Shown in pieces: positions 9,370-21,605 of a DNA stretch of 64,000 nucleotides. A program made the position numbers and the translations under genes. The notes under the pieces are model-generated. The model did not search any database and was not told the origin of the DNA. It was given only the letters and a program-made list of their open reading frames with translations. How positions within the stretch are numbered: position 1 is the first letter of the stretch; the number at the start of each line of letters is the position of its first letter. This DNA comes from an uncultured Actinomycetes bacterium (GTDB lineage: Bacteria; Actinomycetota; UBA4738; HRBIN12): positions 1,152,001 through 1,216,000 of the forward strand of contig OY969934.1 of the NCBI GenBank assembly GCA_963704725.1, read 5' to 3'.

Positions 9370-9950
9370 GCCGCCTCGACATCGAGGCGAACCAGGGGAC
9401 CCTTTCGGATCGTCCTCGCGAACGCGTCCTCGCCCTCGGCCCACCCGTTCGGCGTCCGGATCACGACATCCACCGGGAGCGCGAAGGCCCGCTCGGCCTC
9501 GGCAGCCGCCGCGTAGACCTGCTCTCGGTCGGGGTCACCGACCACCAGGACGTCGACGTCCGCAGGAGGCGGTCCCGGCCGTCCCAGGTATCGCTCCGCC
9601 CACGATCCGAAGAGGTACGCCTCACGGATGCCGGCGATCGGTCGGAGGGCGTCCTCGATGACGCGCGCGGGTCCGAACACCCGCAGGATCAGCGCCCGGA
9701 GCTCGGGCAGGTAGGTGGCGGCCGACCCCTGCCGCACGAGCCGGGAGCGACCCTCCCGGCGGCTCTCCAGGATCCCGGCCTCCTCGAGACGGTCGACCTC
9801 GCGTTGGACGGTCGCGACGTGCGCCCGGAGCCGGCGTGCGAGCTCGCTCACCGACTGTGGCTCCTCCGGCCGGGCGAAGACCAGCGCCAGGAGGCGTGCC
9901 TGGACGTCCGACCGGAAGATGGGGAGGAGCGCGGGGGCTGTCGTTCTCAT
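9366..9950 (-). CDS. Winged-HTH + minimal nucleotidyltransferase (MNT) antitoxin-like protein
   Basis: SVSELARRL..HVATVQREVDRLEEAGIL HTH; AYLFGSWA....ADVDVLVVGD; VDVVI. Confidence 0.85.
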   Translation of the reverse strand: MRTTAPALLPIFRSDVQARLLALVFARPEEPQSVSELARRLRAHVATVQREVDRLEEAGILESRREGRSRLVRQGSAATYLPELRALILRVFGPARVIEDALRPIAGIREAYLFGSWAERYLGRPGPPPADVDVLVVGDPDREQVYAAAAEAERAFALPVDVVIRTPNGWAEGEDAFARTIRKGPLVRLDVEAA

Positions 9951-9959
9951 TTCGGGCGA

Positions 9960-9987
9960 ATCATATTGCGTCAAGCGAGACTGTCAA
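9960..9987 (-). promoter_or_regulatory. Sigma70-type promoter of the MNT-HEPN operon
   Basis: TTGACA-16 nt-TATGAT on the minus strand, 9 nt before ATG 9950. Confidence 0.7.
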
Positions 9988-10808
9988 CGCTCCAGGCGAG
10001 CCTTCATCTCCTCCACGTCGAACCCGGGCTCCGGGTAGCGCGGGTCCATCTCCTCGAGGATCTCGAGCAGCAGGGAGCCGATGGCCCAGTTCCGGTACCA
10101 CTTGTGATCGGCCGGGAGCACGTACCACGGCGCGGCGGGGGTGGAGCACCGGGTGAGGGCGTCCTCGTAGGCCGCCTGGAACTCGTCCCACCGGGCTCGG
10201 TCGTCGAGGTCGCCGGGGTTGAACTTCCAGGTCTTCGTTGGGTCCTCCAGCCGGGCGAGCAGGCGCTCCCGCTGCTCCTTCCTCGAGATGTGGAGGAAGA
10301 CCTTGACCGTCCGGACGCCGGCCCCGGCCAGCTCGGCCTCGAACGCATCGATGAGGTCGTACCGAGCGGACCACTCGGCCGCCGGGACGAGCTCCTTCAC
10401 CCGCACGACCACCACGTCCTCGTAGTGGGAGCGGTTGAAGATGCCGATCTGGCCGGGCTCCGGCAGGGCGCGCCGGATCCGCCACAGGAAGTCGTGCGCG
10501 AGCTCCTCCTCGGTGGGGGCCTTGAACGCGCGGACCCGGATCGACGAGGGTGAGAGCCCGCGGAAGACGTGCGTGATCGCGCCGTCCTTGCCGCTCGTGT
10601 CCATGCCCTGGAGCACGAGCAGGAGGGCGCGTGAGCCCTCGGCCACGAGGCGTTCCTGAAGGGCGGCCAGGCGGGGGCCCTGCGCCGCAGCCTCCCGCTC
10701 GGCCCGCTTGCGCGAGCGCACGCCCGGCGTGGCGCCCGGGTCGCGCCCGGCGAGGCCGGCCGGGGAGCCGGGCTCGACGACCAGGCGCTCGCGGATCGTC
10801 TTCGCCAT
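9984..10808 (-). CDS. ppk2: Polyphosphate kinase 2 family (class III-like)
   Basis: LQGMDTSGKDG Walker A, FKAPT.EE..HDFLWR, FNRSHYED, WKFNPGD, PADHKWYR. Confidence 0.92.
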   Translation of the reverse strand: MAKTIRERLVVEPGSPAGLAGRDPGATPGVRSRKRAEREAAAQGPRLAALQERLVAEGSRALLLVLQGMDTSGKDGAITHVFRGLSPSSIRVRAFKAPTEEELAHDFLWRIRRALPEPGQIGIFNRSHYEDVVVVRVKELVPAAEWSARYDLIDAFEAELAGAGVRTVKVFLHISRKEQRERLLARLEDPTKTWKFNPGDLDDRARWDEFQAAYEDALTRCSTPAAPWYVLPADHKWYRNWAIGSLLLEILEEMDPRYPEPGFDVEEMKARLER

Positions 10809-10811
10809 CGC

Positions 10812-11675
10812 TCAGATCGGGAGCGGGATGCGGGCGGCCCGGCGCTCGCCGGCCGTGCGGCGCCGGTAGAACACGACGGCCACGCCGATGAGGATCGTCG
10901 AGGCGAACAGGGTGATGCTGGCCAGGGCGTTGACCGAGGGGAGCGGGCCCCGGCGGGCGGCGCTGTAGATCAGGATCGGCACGGTCTGCGTCTCGGCGCC
11001 CGAGGAGAGCTGTTGGCTGATCACGAAGTTGTCGATGCTGGCGGCGAACACGATCACGACGCTCGCGAGGATGGCGGGAGTGAGCAGCGGCAGCAACACG
11101 CGCCGGAGCGCGCCGATGGGCGTGGCGCCGAGGTCCATCGCCGCCTCCTCGTACTCCTTGCCGATCGAGAGCAGCCGCGCCCGCACCACGATGACCGGGT
11201 AGGCCATCATGTACATCGACAGACCGAGGAGCTGGGCCACGAACCCCGTCCCGATCCCGCCGACGAGCTGGGTGAAGAACAGGAACAGGGCGACGCCGAT
11301 CGCGATCTCGGGCGTGATGAACGAGAACAGCATGAGGAAGTTCGCCGTGCCGGCCCCGCGTCCCCGCCACCGGTCGAGCGCGAGCGCGAACGCCACCCCC
11401 AGCGGCACGGCGAGCACGACCGTGAGGCTCGCCAGCTTGAAGCTCTGCAGGAGGGCGTGACGCAGCTCGGGGTCGTCGAACACCGAGCTCACGTTGCCCG
11501 AGTACCACTGCGTGGAGAACCCCTGCCACGCCGTCAGGGAGCGCCCCCCGTTGAACGAGAACACGACCGCGATCACGACCGGCAGCAGCGTCCACAGGAG
11601 GTAGGCGATCGCGATCACCCACAGGAAGCGGGCCCGGGCCCACGGGTTGCGCAGCCACGCTCCGAGCCGGCTCAC
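10812..11675 (-). CDS. potC: Polyamine-type ABC permease (PotC-like)
   Basis: VFSFN....WQGFSTQWY; EEAAMDLGA EAA loop; GTGA overlap. Confidence 0.85.
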   Translation of the reverse strand: MSRLGAWLRNPWARARFLWVIAIAYLLWTLLPVVIAVVFSFNGGRSLTAWQGFSTQWYSGNVSSVFDDPELRHALLQSFKLASLTVVLAVPLGVAFALALDRWRGRGAGTANFLMLFSFITPEIAIGVALFLFFTQLVGGIGTGFVAQLLGLSMYMMAYPVIVVRARLLSIGKEYEEAAMDLGATPIGALRRVLLPLLTPAILASVVIVFAASIDNFVISQQLSSGAETQTVPILIYSAARRGPLPSVNALASITLFASTILIGVAVVFYRRRTAGERRAARIPLPI

Positions 11676-12595
11676 GAGCCCATCTCGAGCGCGCGCGAGC
11701 TCGCGCGCAGGTAGGCGAGCATCGGCAGGATCAGCAGCGCGATCAGGAGCAGCACGAGCGAGGCTCCCGTCTGCACGAGCGAGCTCTGGATCGACGTCAC
11801 GATGAGGTTGCCGATCATCGAGGTGTCGCGGGTGCCGGCGAGCAGCGTGGTCGTGAAGTAGTCGCCGAACATCGGCAGCGTCACGATCACGCATCCGGCC
11901 AGGATGGCCTGCCGCGACAGGGGCAGCGTGACCCGCAGGAACGTGGCGAGCTGCCCGGCCCCCAGATCCCGCGAGGCCTCGAGCATCGACACGTCGATCC
12001 GGTCGAGCGACCCGAACAGCGGCAGGATCATGTACGGCACGTAGCCGTACGCCAGGCCGAGGATCACGGTGGTCGGCCGGCCGGACAGCCACCCCACCGG
12101 GGCGCCGATCACGCCGGCGGACTCGAGCACCCGGTTCACCAGCCCCTCCGGCCGCAGCAGGTTGATCCACGCCAGCATCCGCATCATGTAGCTGATCCAG
12201 AACGGCGCGATGAACAGGACGAGGAACAGGGTCTTCCACCGCCCGGCGTGGCGCGCGATGAAGTACGCGACGGGGTACCCGATGGCCAGGCACAGCACGG
12301 TCGCGACGAGGACGTAGAGCAGGGTCCGTCCGAACGCCGCCTGGTAGATCGAGCCGCGGGTGAAGATGTCGCCGAGCAGGTCGCCGAACGCGCTCGTGTC
12401 CCATCGGATCGGGTCGTAGACGGGGATCGGGGTCAGGAAGATCTGGTCGAGGGCGCCGAACGCGATCGACAGGATCACGTAGAAGGGGACGACGAACAGC
12501 CCGAGGAGCCACAGCGACGCCGGCGTGGCGAACGACGGCCAGAACCACCGGGGGAACCACGCCCCGCGGGTCCCGGAGCCGGCTCCCGGTGGCAT
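11672..12595 (-). CDS. potB: Polyamine-type ABC permease (PotB-like)
   Basis: GYPVAY, PFWISYMMR..AW, YVPYMILP, LEASRDLGA. Confidence 0.85.
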   Translation of the reverse strand: MPPGAGSGTRGAWFPRWFWPSFATPASLWLLGLFVVPFYVILSIAFGALDQIFLTPIPVYDPIRWDTSAFGDLLGDIFTRGSIYQAAFGRTLLYVLVATVLCLAIGYPVAYFIARHAGRWKTLFLVLFIAPFWISYMMRMLAWINLLRPEGLVNRVLESAGVIGAPVGWLSGRPTTVILGLAYGYVPYMILPLFGSLDRIDVSMLEASRDLGAGQLATFLRVTLPLSRQAILAGCVIVTLPMFGDYFTTTLLAGTRDTSMIGNLIVTSIQSSLVQTGASLVLLLIALLILPMLAYLRASSRALEMGS

Positions 12596-12615
12596 GGGCT
12601 GGGACCCGGGCCGGC

Positions 12616-13900
12616 CTAGGCCCCGCCCGTCACCTCGGTGTAGATCTGCTGCCAGAGCTGGTTGGTGGCCGGCGCGAGCTCGAGCTCCTGGACGCCGAGC
12701 GTGAAGTCGTCCTCGACGATGAGGACGTTGGCCAGGTTCTCGGGCACCAGCTCCTCGGCCATGATCGAGTCCGGCGTGACGCCGTTGATCGGCGGCTGGA
12801 ACCCCTCGTAGGAGTAGTTCTGCAGGGCGTGGTCGGGATCGGAGAGCCAGTCGATCATGGCGTGCGCGAGCACGGGGCTCGCGCGCGCCCTTGGGGATCG
12901 CGAACATGTCGTTCGTGATGATGCCGCTCCTGCCCCCGCCCGCCTTGGGCGGCCACACGTAGCTGAATACGTCGATCGAGAGGTCCTTCGGCAGGTAGTA
13001 CTGGTAGTAGACGACCTGGCCCGACCAAGTCTGGTGGATGGCGAACGTCCCCAGCTCGTTGTAGTCGGTATGGTCGAACTTCCAGTTCATCGTGTCCACC
13101 CCGTCGAGCAGCATCTGCTTGGCCGCGTCGAGCACCGTGGGGTCGTCGGTGTTCACGTCCTCGCCCATCCGCAGGAGCGCGGCCGAGAGCGTGTCGCGCG
13201 CGCCGTTCAGCAGGTGGACGCCGTCGCCCGCGTACGCCGCGTCCCACAGGACGTCGTAGGGGTTGTCCATCGCCCCCACGTCCTCGGTCACGATGTCGTG
13301 CCGGTAGCCGATGCCGGTCGTGTACACGGTGTAGGGGACCGTGTACTGCGCGCCCTGGTCGTAGTAGGGGTCGTGGTAGGTGGCCCAGACGTTGGAGAAG
13401 TTGGGGAGATAGGTCTTGTTCAGCGGCTGGATCAGCTCGCCGAACGCGAGCTTGCCGACGTTCTCGAGGGTCACGGTGACGATCAGGTCGAAGTCGGACC
13501 CGCTCGACTGGAGCTTGGAGACCATCTCCTCCGGCGTGTCGAACACCGTGTACTCCACGTCCACGCCGTACTCCGCCGAGAACTGGTTGCGGACCTTCTT
13601 CCAGATGTAGTCGTTGTAGCCGAAGACCTTGAGCGGCCCGGCCTCTGGCGACAGGCCGTCCGCGATCGGGGGGTTGGAGTCCGAGATCGGGAGCGTGACG
13701 GGGTTGCCCGGCCGGGCGAGCCGGAGCTCCTGCCCGCCGCCGCCGTCGTCGCCCGTGAGGCCCGAGCCGCCGCCCTCGTCGTTGCCGCAGGCCGCGAGCA
13801 CCGCGGCCAGGCTCGGCAGGGCGATGCCCGTCGCCCCGGCCCGGGCCAGGAACTCGCGGCGGCTGATCGGTCGGCGGTGCTCCCTCGGACGACGGCTCAT
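12616..13900 (-). CDS. potD: Polyamine-type ABC substrate-binding lipoprotein (PotD/F-like), Tat signal; frameshift near 12885
   Basis: SRREFL Tat motif, LAAC lipobox, YNDYI, YTVPY...TGIGY. After IPKGA the frame shifts in a GC run to (A)SPVLAHAMIDWL...WQQIYTEVTGGA*. Confidence 0.8.
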
Positions 13901-13982
13901 GCTTCCCCCCGTGTCGGCGCGCGTTCGGAGCAAGCTACCCCGAACGCGGGCGGGGCGCGAGGCAGCCGCCGGAGACCCCTCG

Positions 13983-14492
<510 letters not shown>

Positions 14493-14527
14493 CGGGAGCC
14501 TCCTGTCGGACCGGGGGAGCGGGCAGT

Positions 14528-15640
14528 CTACCGCCCGGTCGCGGCCGACCGGGCTCCCCGCCGGAGCCAGGGGAGAGCCGGCGGGATGTAGTGCGCGTCG
14601 TCGTACCGGTCGGACGACCACGGCGTCCGGGGCGCCATCGTCAGCCTGGCCAGCTCGATCAGGGCGACGTCGTAGTTGACCCGCCATCCGGCGAAGTCGC
14701 GCCAGCACTGGTCGCGATCCGCCCGCACGGGCACGCCGGAGTCACGCAGGCGCTCGTACGCCCCGTCGAACTCCTCCCGCGTGATCGAGATGGGGTCGTC
14801 CGGCTTCGGGTCGTCGTCCACCCGGACGAAGAAGAACCTGGCCAGGTGGCGCAGGCACAGGTACCCGGACCGGATCATGTACTGGGGCTCGGGGATCCGC
14901 TCGATGTCGACGGTGGAGTCGTACAGCGCGGCGCCGTCGAGGATGGCCCCCGCCGCCGAGACCCACGAGTGCTCCGGTTGCGTGGATCGGAAGAAGACGA
15001 GCGACGGGAACGTGCTGTGGCTTTCGTCGACGTCGGTGAACCAGTCCTCCCACTCCGCCCACAGTCCCTTCAGGTTCCCCAGCCGGCCCACCGTCCAGGC
15101 CAGCTGGATGAGGTAGACGCCCGTGGGGGGCTCGCCGGCCCGGACCTCGAGCTTGGACACGCCGCGCTCCCGCCGCTGGAACCCGGCGTACAGGCTCGGC
15201 AGGTAGGTGATGAACAGCGCGAGCATGACGAGCCCGGTGCCGGCGCCGGAGATCGTCACCGCGATCGACGCGTAGTCGTCGCGGGTCGCGAAGCCCAGGG
15301 TGAACAGCGAGGACCCGGCGAACGCGAACGCCTCGACCGGCGACCGGCCGCCGAGCGCGAAGAACATGGCGGTGAAGCCGGCGACCAGGAACACGACCCA
15401 CAGCGTGAGGAGCGCGAGGAGCGCGACCGGCGCGTAGTAGGCCATGATCCGATCGCGGTCGGCGAAGGGACGGGATCCCCGGGCCCAGATACGGAACACG
15501 CGCCGCACGGTGACGAACACCGCCCGGGCCACGTAGGCCTGCAGCGCCCGGGGAACGAGGAACGTCCGGACCACGGAGCGGACCGTGAGCAGCACGACCG
15601 CGGCCCCCAAGAGGAACAGCAGCACGCGCAGGACGATCAC
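14528..15640 (-). CDS. Membrane protein with K+-channel-like pore segment
   Basis: TM helices flanking GSSLFTLGF; LFITYLP.LY..F.RRE; ESH..FP.L.FFRS. Confidence 0.65.
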   Translation of the reverse strand: MIVLRVLLFLLGAAVVLLTVRSVVRTFLVPRALQAYVARAVFVTVRRVFRIWARGSRPFADRDRIMAYYAPVALLALLTLWVVFLVAGFTAMFFALGGRSPVEAFAFAGSSLFTLGFATRDDYASIAVTISGAGTGLVMLALFITYLPSLYAGFQRRERGVSKLEVRAGEPPTGVYLIQLAWTVGRLGNLKGLWAEWEDWFTDVDESHSTFPSLVFFRSTQPEHSWVSAAGAILDGAALYDSTVDIERIPEPQYMIRSGYLCLRHLARFFFVRVDDDPKPDDPISITREEFDGAYERLRDSGVPVRADRDQCWRDFAGWRVNYDVALIELARLTMAPRTPWSSDRYDDAHYIPPALPWLRRGARSAATGR

Positions 15641-15682
15641 GACCGGGCGAGCCTACCGGGGTGCGCCGCGTCCCGCTCCGGC

Positions 15683-15820
15683 CTACGGGGCGCCGAAGCG
15701 GGTCACCGACCGCCGCGTGCTGGTCCGGCGGGAACGCCGGACGAACCGCTCGTTCCGCGCGCGGTCCAGGAGCTCGCGCTCGCGCGCCCTGGCCAGCTCG
15801 GCTCCGATCGATGTGTGCAT
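15683..15820 (-). CDS. 45-aa Arg-rich small protein
   Basis: GGAGG RBS, TGATG coupling to the SRPBCC stop; MHTSIGAELARARERELLDRAR. Confidence 0.5.
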   Translation of the reverse strand: MHTSIGAELARARERELLDRARNERFVRRSRRTSTRRSVTRFGAP

Positions 15821-16293
15821 CACGCCACCTCCCGCTCGACGACCTGCACGAACAGACCCAGCGACTGCGTCCACCCCGCGCCGTACTGTGCCCGCGCCGC
15901 CTCGGCGAGCTCGCCGAGTCGCTCCCACCCGCGGTGCTCCAGCTCGACCAACGTCCCGTCGCCCTGCGGCGTGAAACGGACCTCGAGCTCGGTCGGCGGG
16001 AACGGGCTCGCATTCGGCTTCCACGCCAGGACGAAGCGCGCCGGCGGCTCCCACTCGAGCACCTCCGCCCAGGGCAGGACCTCGCCGTTGGACAGGTGCT
16101 CGAGCACGCGCCCACCCGGCCGGCCCTGGAACTCGACGCGCTCGGCCCGCACGCCCCGGCCCTCGAACTGGTCGACGGCCCGCGAGTAGTCCTCGAGCGG
16201 CCACCAGGTGTCGATCCGCAGCGTGAAGACCTCGAACGCGTGCGCCGGGTCGGTCCGCACCGTGACGCTCGAGCGGATCGGTTCGATCGTCAT
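15820..16293 (-). CDS. SRPBCC/AHSA1-like domain protein
   Basis: AFEVFT....WWP, WEPPARFVLAW, TELEVRF, TLVELEHRGW, GW. Confidence 0.9.
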   Translation of the reverse strand: MTIEPIRSSVTVRTDPAHAFEVFTLRIDTWWPLEDYSRAVDQFEGRGVRAERVEFQGRPGGRVLEHLSNGEVLPWAEVLEWEPPARFVLAWKPNASPFPPTELEVRFTPQGDGTLVELEHRGWERLGELAEAARAQYGAGWTQSLGLFVQVVEREVA

Positions 16294-16637
16294 CCCTTGC
16301 CTCCCTCCTCGTCCGGGCCCTCGGCGGCCTCCTTGAACGCCGCGAGCGCCGTGTCCCAGTAGGTCTCGAGGTACGCGCGCAGGGCGGCGAGCCCCGTCGC
16401 GTCCACGCCGTACAGGCGCCTCGTCCCCTCCTGTCGGTCGTGCACGAGCCCCGCCTCCTTCAGGACGCGCAGGTGCTGGGACACCGCGGGCCGGCTCACC
16501 GGAAGGCGCTCGGCGATCCGGCCCACCGGCTTCGGTCCCTCCCGGAGGAGCTCGAGGACCGCCCGCCGGGTCGGGTCTCCCAGCGCGTCGAGCACCCTGG
16601 CCGTGGCTTCCCGATGAACGGCAATTCGGTAACTCAT
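16290..16637 (-). CDS. ArsR/SmtB-family regulator
   Basis: ALGDPTRRAVLE.L, SRPAVSQHLRVLKEAGLV. Confidence 0.9.
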   Translation of the reverse strand: MSYRIAVHREATARVLDALGDPTRRAVLELLREGPKPVGRIAERLPVSRPAVSQHLRVLKEAGLVHDRQEGTRRLYGVDATGLAALRAYLETYWDTALAAFKEAAEGPDEEGGKG

Positions 16638-16661
16638 GACTTACGGTAAGTTAGCGCTTAC
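16629..16661. promoter_or_regulatory. Tandem palindromic operator (2x GTAA-N8-TTAC) over the arsR start
   Basis: GTAA-ctcatgac-TTAC 16629-16644 and GTAA-gttagcgc-TTAC 16646-16661. Confidence 0.75.
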
Positions 16662-16730
16662 CGCTTGGATCGTCAAGCCGCCATCCTCAGCTTCGCCCGC
16701 CCCCTCGGCCGACGGCCCGAGGCTCCCCGC

Positions 16731-18767
<2,037 letters not shown>

Positions 18768-18861
18768 GAGCCGGCGGCGACGCGCTCGAGGCTCGGCGCT
18801 GCGCGGGAAGGGCACTGCACGATCCGCCCAGTCTACGGCCGGCTCCACTACGCTTCGGCGC

Positions 18862-20049
18862 GTGGGGACCACCGCCCGCTCGGCGCGGATCGGGCTCGGG
18901 TTCGTGCTGGTCGCAACCCTGTTCACGCTGTTCCTGGGGTTCACGCACAAGTCGCTGTGCCTGATGGGCGACGGCTTCGATGCGCGCGCCTACCGGCTGG
19001 AGTGCTACAACGACCTCGTCCCCCTGTACCGCGACGAGGGGTTCCTGGCGGGGCGGTTCCCGTACCTCGACGCCCCGAACGAGTACCCCGTGGGGACCGC
19101 CCTGCTGATGTGGACGGCGTCGCAGTACGGACGCGGTGAGGGCGCGTTCTTCCTGGCCAACGCGGCGCTGCTCGCGGTGCTCGCGCTCGTCACGTCGTGG
19201 GCTCTGTTCCGGGCCACCGGGAGCCGGGCGCTGTACTTCGCGTTCGCGCCGACGCTCGCCGTGTACGCCTTCCTCAACTGGGACCTGCTGGCGGTCGCCC
19301 TGGCCACGGCGGCCACCCTCGCGTTCCTGCGGCGCCGCGACCCGCTGGCCGGCGTCCTGCTCGGGCTCGGCGTCGCGTCCAAGCTCTACCCGATCCTGCT
19401 GCTCGTCCCGTTCGCGCTGGAGCGTCGGCGGACGGGGGACGGCAAGGCGGCGATCCGGCTGTGCGCGTGGGCGGCGGGAGCCTGGCTGCTGCTGGACCTC
19501 CCGTTCATGGCCCTGGCGTTCCACCGGTGGAGCGAGGTGTTCCGGTTCAACGCCTCGCGCCCCGTCGACTGGGGCACCCTGTGGTTCGCGGGATGCCGCG
19601 CGCTCACAGGGCGGCTCGACTGCGGGCACGTGCGGCTCGTGAACGGCCTGTCGCTCGTCGTGTTCGCGGCGGGCGCGGCCTGGGTGTGGCGCGCCACGGC
19701 CGCCCGCCACGCTTCTCGGTGGGCGCTGGCCTTTCCCCTGCTGATCCTGTTCCTGCTGACCACGAAGGTGTACTCGCCGCAGTACTCGCTGTGGCTCGTC
19801 CCGTGGTTCGCGTTGGTGCTTCCCGACCTCCGGCTGTTCATCGCGTTCGAGGCGGCGGACCTGGCGGTGTTCGTCACCGAGTTCTCCTGGCTCGGCCGGC
19901 ACTTCGGTGGGGACGGGCTGCCGGTCGGCGCCGTCGAGATCGCGGTCCTGCTCCGGGCGGCCGTCCTCGTGGCCGTCCTCGTGGCCTTCGTGCGTCGTCC
20001 GACGGAGCGTCTCGCCTCCGGGGCCACGCCCGAAATGGCCATCGGCTGA
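18862..20049 (+). CDS. Glycosyltransferase family 87 (GT-C) membrane protein
   Basis: CYNDL..LY, PY....EYPVGT, NWDLLAV, KLYP, KVYSPQY.LW. Confidence 0.88.
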   Translation: MGTTARSARIGLGFVLVATLFTLFLGFTHKSLCLMGDGFDARAYRLECYNDLVPLYRDEGFLAGRFPYLDAPNEYPVGTALLMWTASQYGRGEGAFFLANAALLAVLALVTSWALFRATGSRALYFAFAPTLAVYAFLNWDLLAVALATAATLAFLRRRDPLAGVLLGLGVASKLYPILLLVPFALERRRTGDGKAAIRLCAWAAGAWLLLDLPFMALAFHRWSEVFRFNASRPVDWGTLWFAGCRALTGRLDCGHVRLVNGLSLVVFAAGAAWVWRATAARHASRWALAFPLLILFLLTTKVYSPQYSLWLVPWFALVLPDLRLFIAFEAADLAVFVTEFSWLGRHFGGDGLPVGAVEIAVLLRAAVLVAVLVAFVRRPTERLASGATPEMAIG

Positions 20050-20100
20050 CCCCCGCCCCTCAGGTTTGGGTCGAGAGGGACCGATGGAACCACGACAGCC

Positions 20101-20793
20101 ATGCAGCCTGTACCGGACGAGACGACGACCGTGCTCGTGGTCGACGACCACGCGGTGTTCTCCGACGCCGTGGCCATGCTCCTCGAGCAGCAGCCGGACG
20201 TGCGGCTGGTGGGAGCGGCGCGCGACGCCGACGAGGCCATCCGCCTGATCAACCTGGATCCCGACGAGCAGCCGGACGTCGTCCTCGTGGACCTCGACCT
20301 CCCCGGGATCGACGGCATCCAGGCGACGCGGCGGATCCGCGAGCTCTCGCCCGACTCGAAGGTCGTGGTCCTCACGGCTCTGCAGGACCCCGAGGTCATC
20401 GCCGACGCCCTCGCCGCGGGGGCGTGCGGATACGTGCCCAAGACCCGCGCCGTCGAGGAGCTCATGGACGTCGTGCGGCGGGCCGCGGCGGGCGAGCTCG
20501 TGATGCCGGTGCGGGACCTCGCCCCGGTCCTGGAGCAGCTCCGGAGCGCCCACGGCCGCCCCGAGGGAGACCTGCTGCTCCGCCGTCTCACGGTGCGCGA
20601 GACCGAGATCCTCCGCTTCCTGGCCTCGGGCGAGACGACGAGCCAGGTCGCCGACCGTCTGCAGATCAGCGCCCTCACGGTGCAGAGCCACGTCAAGAGC
20701 ATCCTGGCCAAGCTCGGCGTCCACTCGAAGATCGAGGCCGTGACGCTGGCCTGGCGCAGCGGCCTGGCGAACACCGAGAAGCCCGCGGGCTGA
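20101..20793 (+). CDS. NarL/LuxR response regulator 1
   Basis: VVDDH, DVVLVD.DLPG.DG, VLTA, YVPK; LTVRETEIL...TVQSHVKSILAKLG. Confidence 0.92.
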   Translation: MQPVPDETTTVLVVDDHAVFSDAVAMLLEQQPDVRLVGAARDADEAIRLINLDPDEQPDVVLVDLDLPGIDGIQATRRIRELSPDSKVVVLTALQDPEVIADALAAGACGYVPKTRAVEELMDVVRRAAAGELVMPVRDLAPVLEQLRSAHGRPEGDLLLRRLTVRETEILRFLASGETTSQVADRLQISALTVQSHVKSILAKLGVHSKIEAVTLAWRSGLANTEKPAG

Positions 20794-21500
20794 TGGGCGA
20801 GGCCGCCGTGGCCGCCACGCCCGCCCGCACCGAGCTGGGATCGCCGGTCCGGGTGCTCGTCGTCGAGGACCACGCCGTCATCCGCGGCGTGATCCGGCTC
20901 GCGTGCGAGCACGCGTTCGGGCTCAAGGTGATCGGGGAGGTGGAGACCGGCGAGGAGGCGCTCGAGCGCTGCCACGCCGATCCGCCGGACGTGATCGTCC
21001 TCGACCTGGCGCTCCCCGGCAGGGTCCAGGGGCTCGACGTCGCCCGGCAGCTCCGCGCCGAGGGCCACCCCGCCAAGATCCTCGTCCTCACGGGCCTGAC
21101 GGACGAGCACGTGCTCTTCGAGAGCATCCGGGCGGGGGTGGACGGCTACCTGGAGAAGACCGCCGGCGTCCGGTTCGTGGCCGACGCCCTGTGGCGTGTG
21201 GCGCGAGGGGAGCGGGTGTTCTCCCGCGACCAGGAGCGGGTCGCCGTGGCCGAGCTGGGACGCCTGGCCCGGCTGACCCGCGCGGCCTCCGGGGCCCAAC
21301 AGGTCCTGAGCGACCGCGAGATCGAGATCCTCGACCTGGTGGCGACGGGCCTGACCGTGAAGCAGGTGGGGTCGCGCCTGCGCCTGTCGCCGCGCACGGT
21401 CGAGACGCACCTGTCGAAGCTCTACCGCAAGCTCGGCGCGCGGAATCGGGTCCAGGCCCTGTCGCGCGCCGCCGGTCTCGGCCTCATCGACCTCGGCTGA
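20793..21500 (+). CDS. NarL/LuxR response regulator 2
   Basis: TGATG coupling; VVEDH, DVIVLD..LPG, VLTG, YLEK; LSDREIEIL...TVETHLSKLYRKLG. Confidence 0.92.
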   Translation: MGEAAVAATPARTELGSPVRVLVVEDHAVIRGVIRLACEHAFGLKVIGEVETGEEALERCHADPPDVIVLDLALPGRVQGLDVARQLRAEGHPAKILVLTGLTDEHVLFESIRAGVDGYLEKTAGVRFVADALWRVARGERVFSRDQERVAVAELGRLARLTRAASGAQQVLSDREIEILDLVATGLTVKQVGSRLRLSPRTVETHLSKLYRKLGARNRVQALSRAAGLGLIDLG

Positions 21501-21573
21501 TCAGGGCCTTGTGGATATCCCTCAACGGGCCGTACAGACTTCCCGGCCCGCGGCCGATACCTCCTTCGAGAGA

Positions 21574-21589
21574 TACGCATGACCCCGTA
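21574..21589. promoter_or_regulatory. TACG-N8-CGTA palindrome upstream of regulator 3
   Basis: TACG-catgaccc-CGTA; same motif as in the flp promoter region. Confidence 0.55.
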
Positions 21590-21605
21590 CGTGGGTGGGG
21601 GTGAC

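Noticed and set aside
7490-9990. Integrated mobile element carrying the TA cluster
   Set aside because: No integrase, transposase, att site or terminal repeats were recognised.
11672-13933. Natural binding-protein/permease fusion (753 aa)
   Set aside because: It arises from the frameshift at ~12885; the true binding-protein C-terminus is in another frame ending at 12616.
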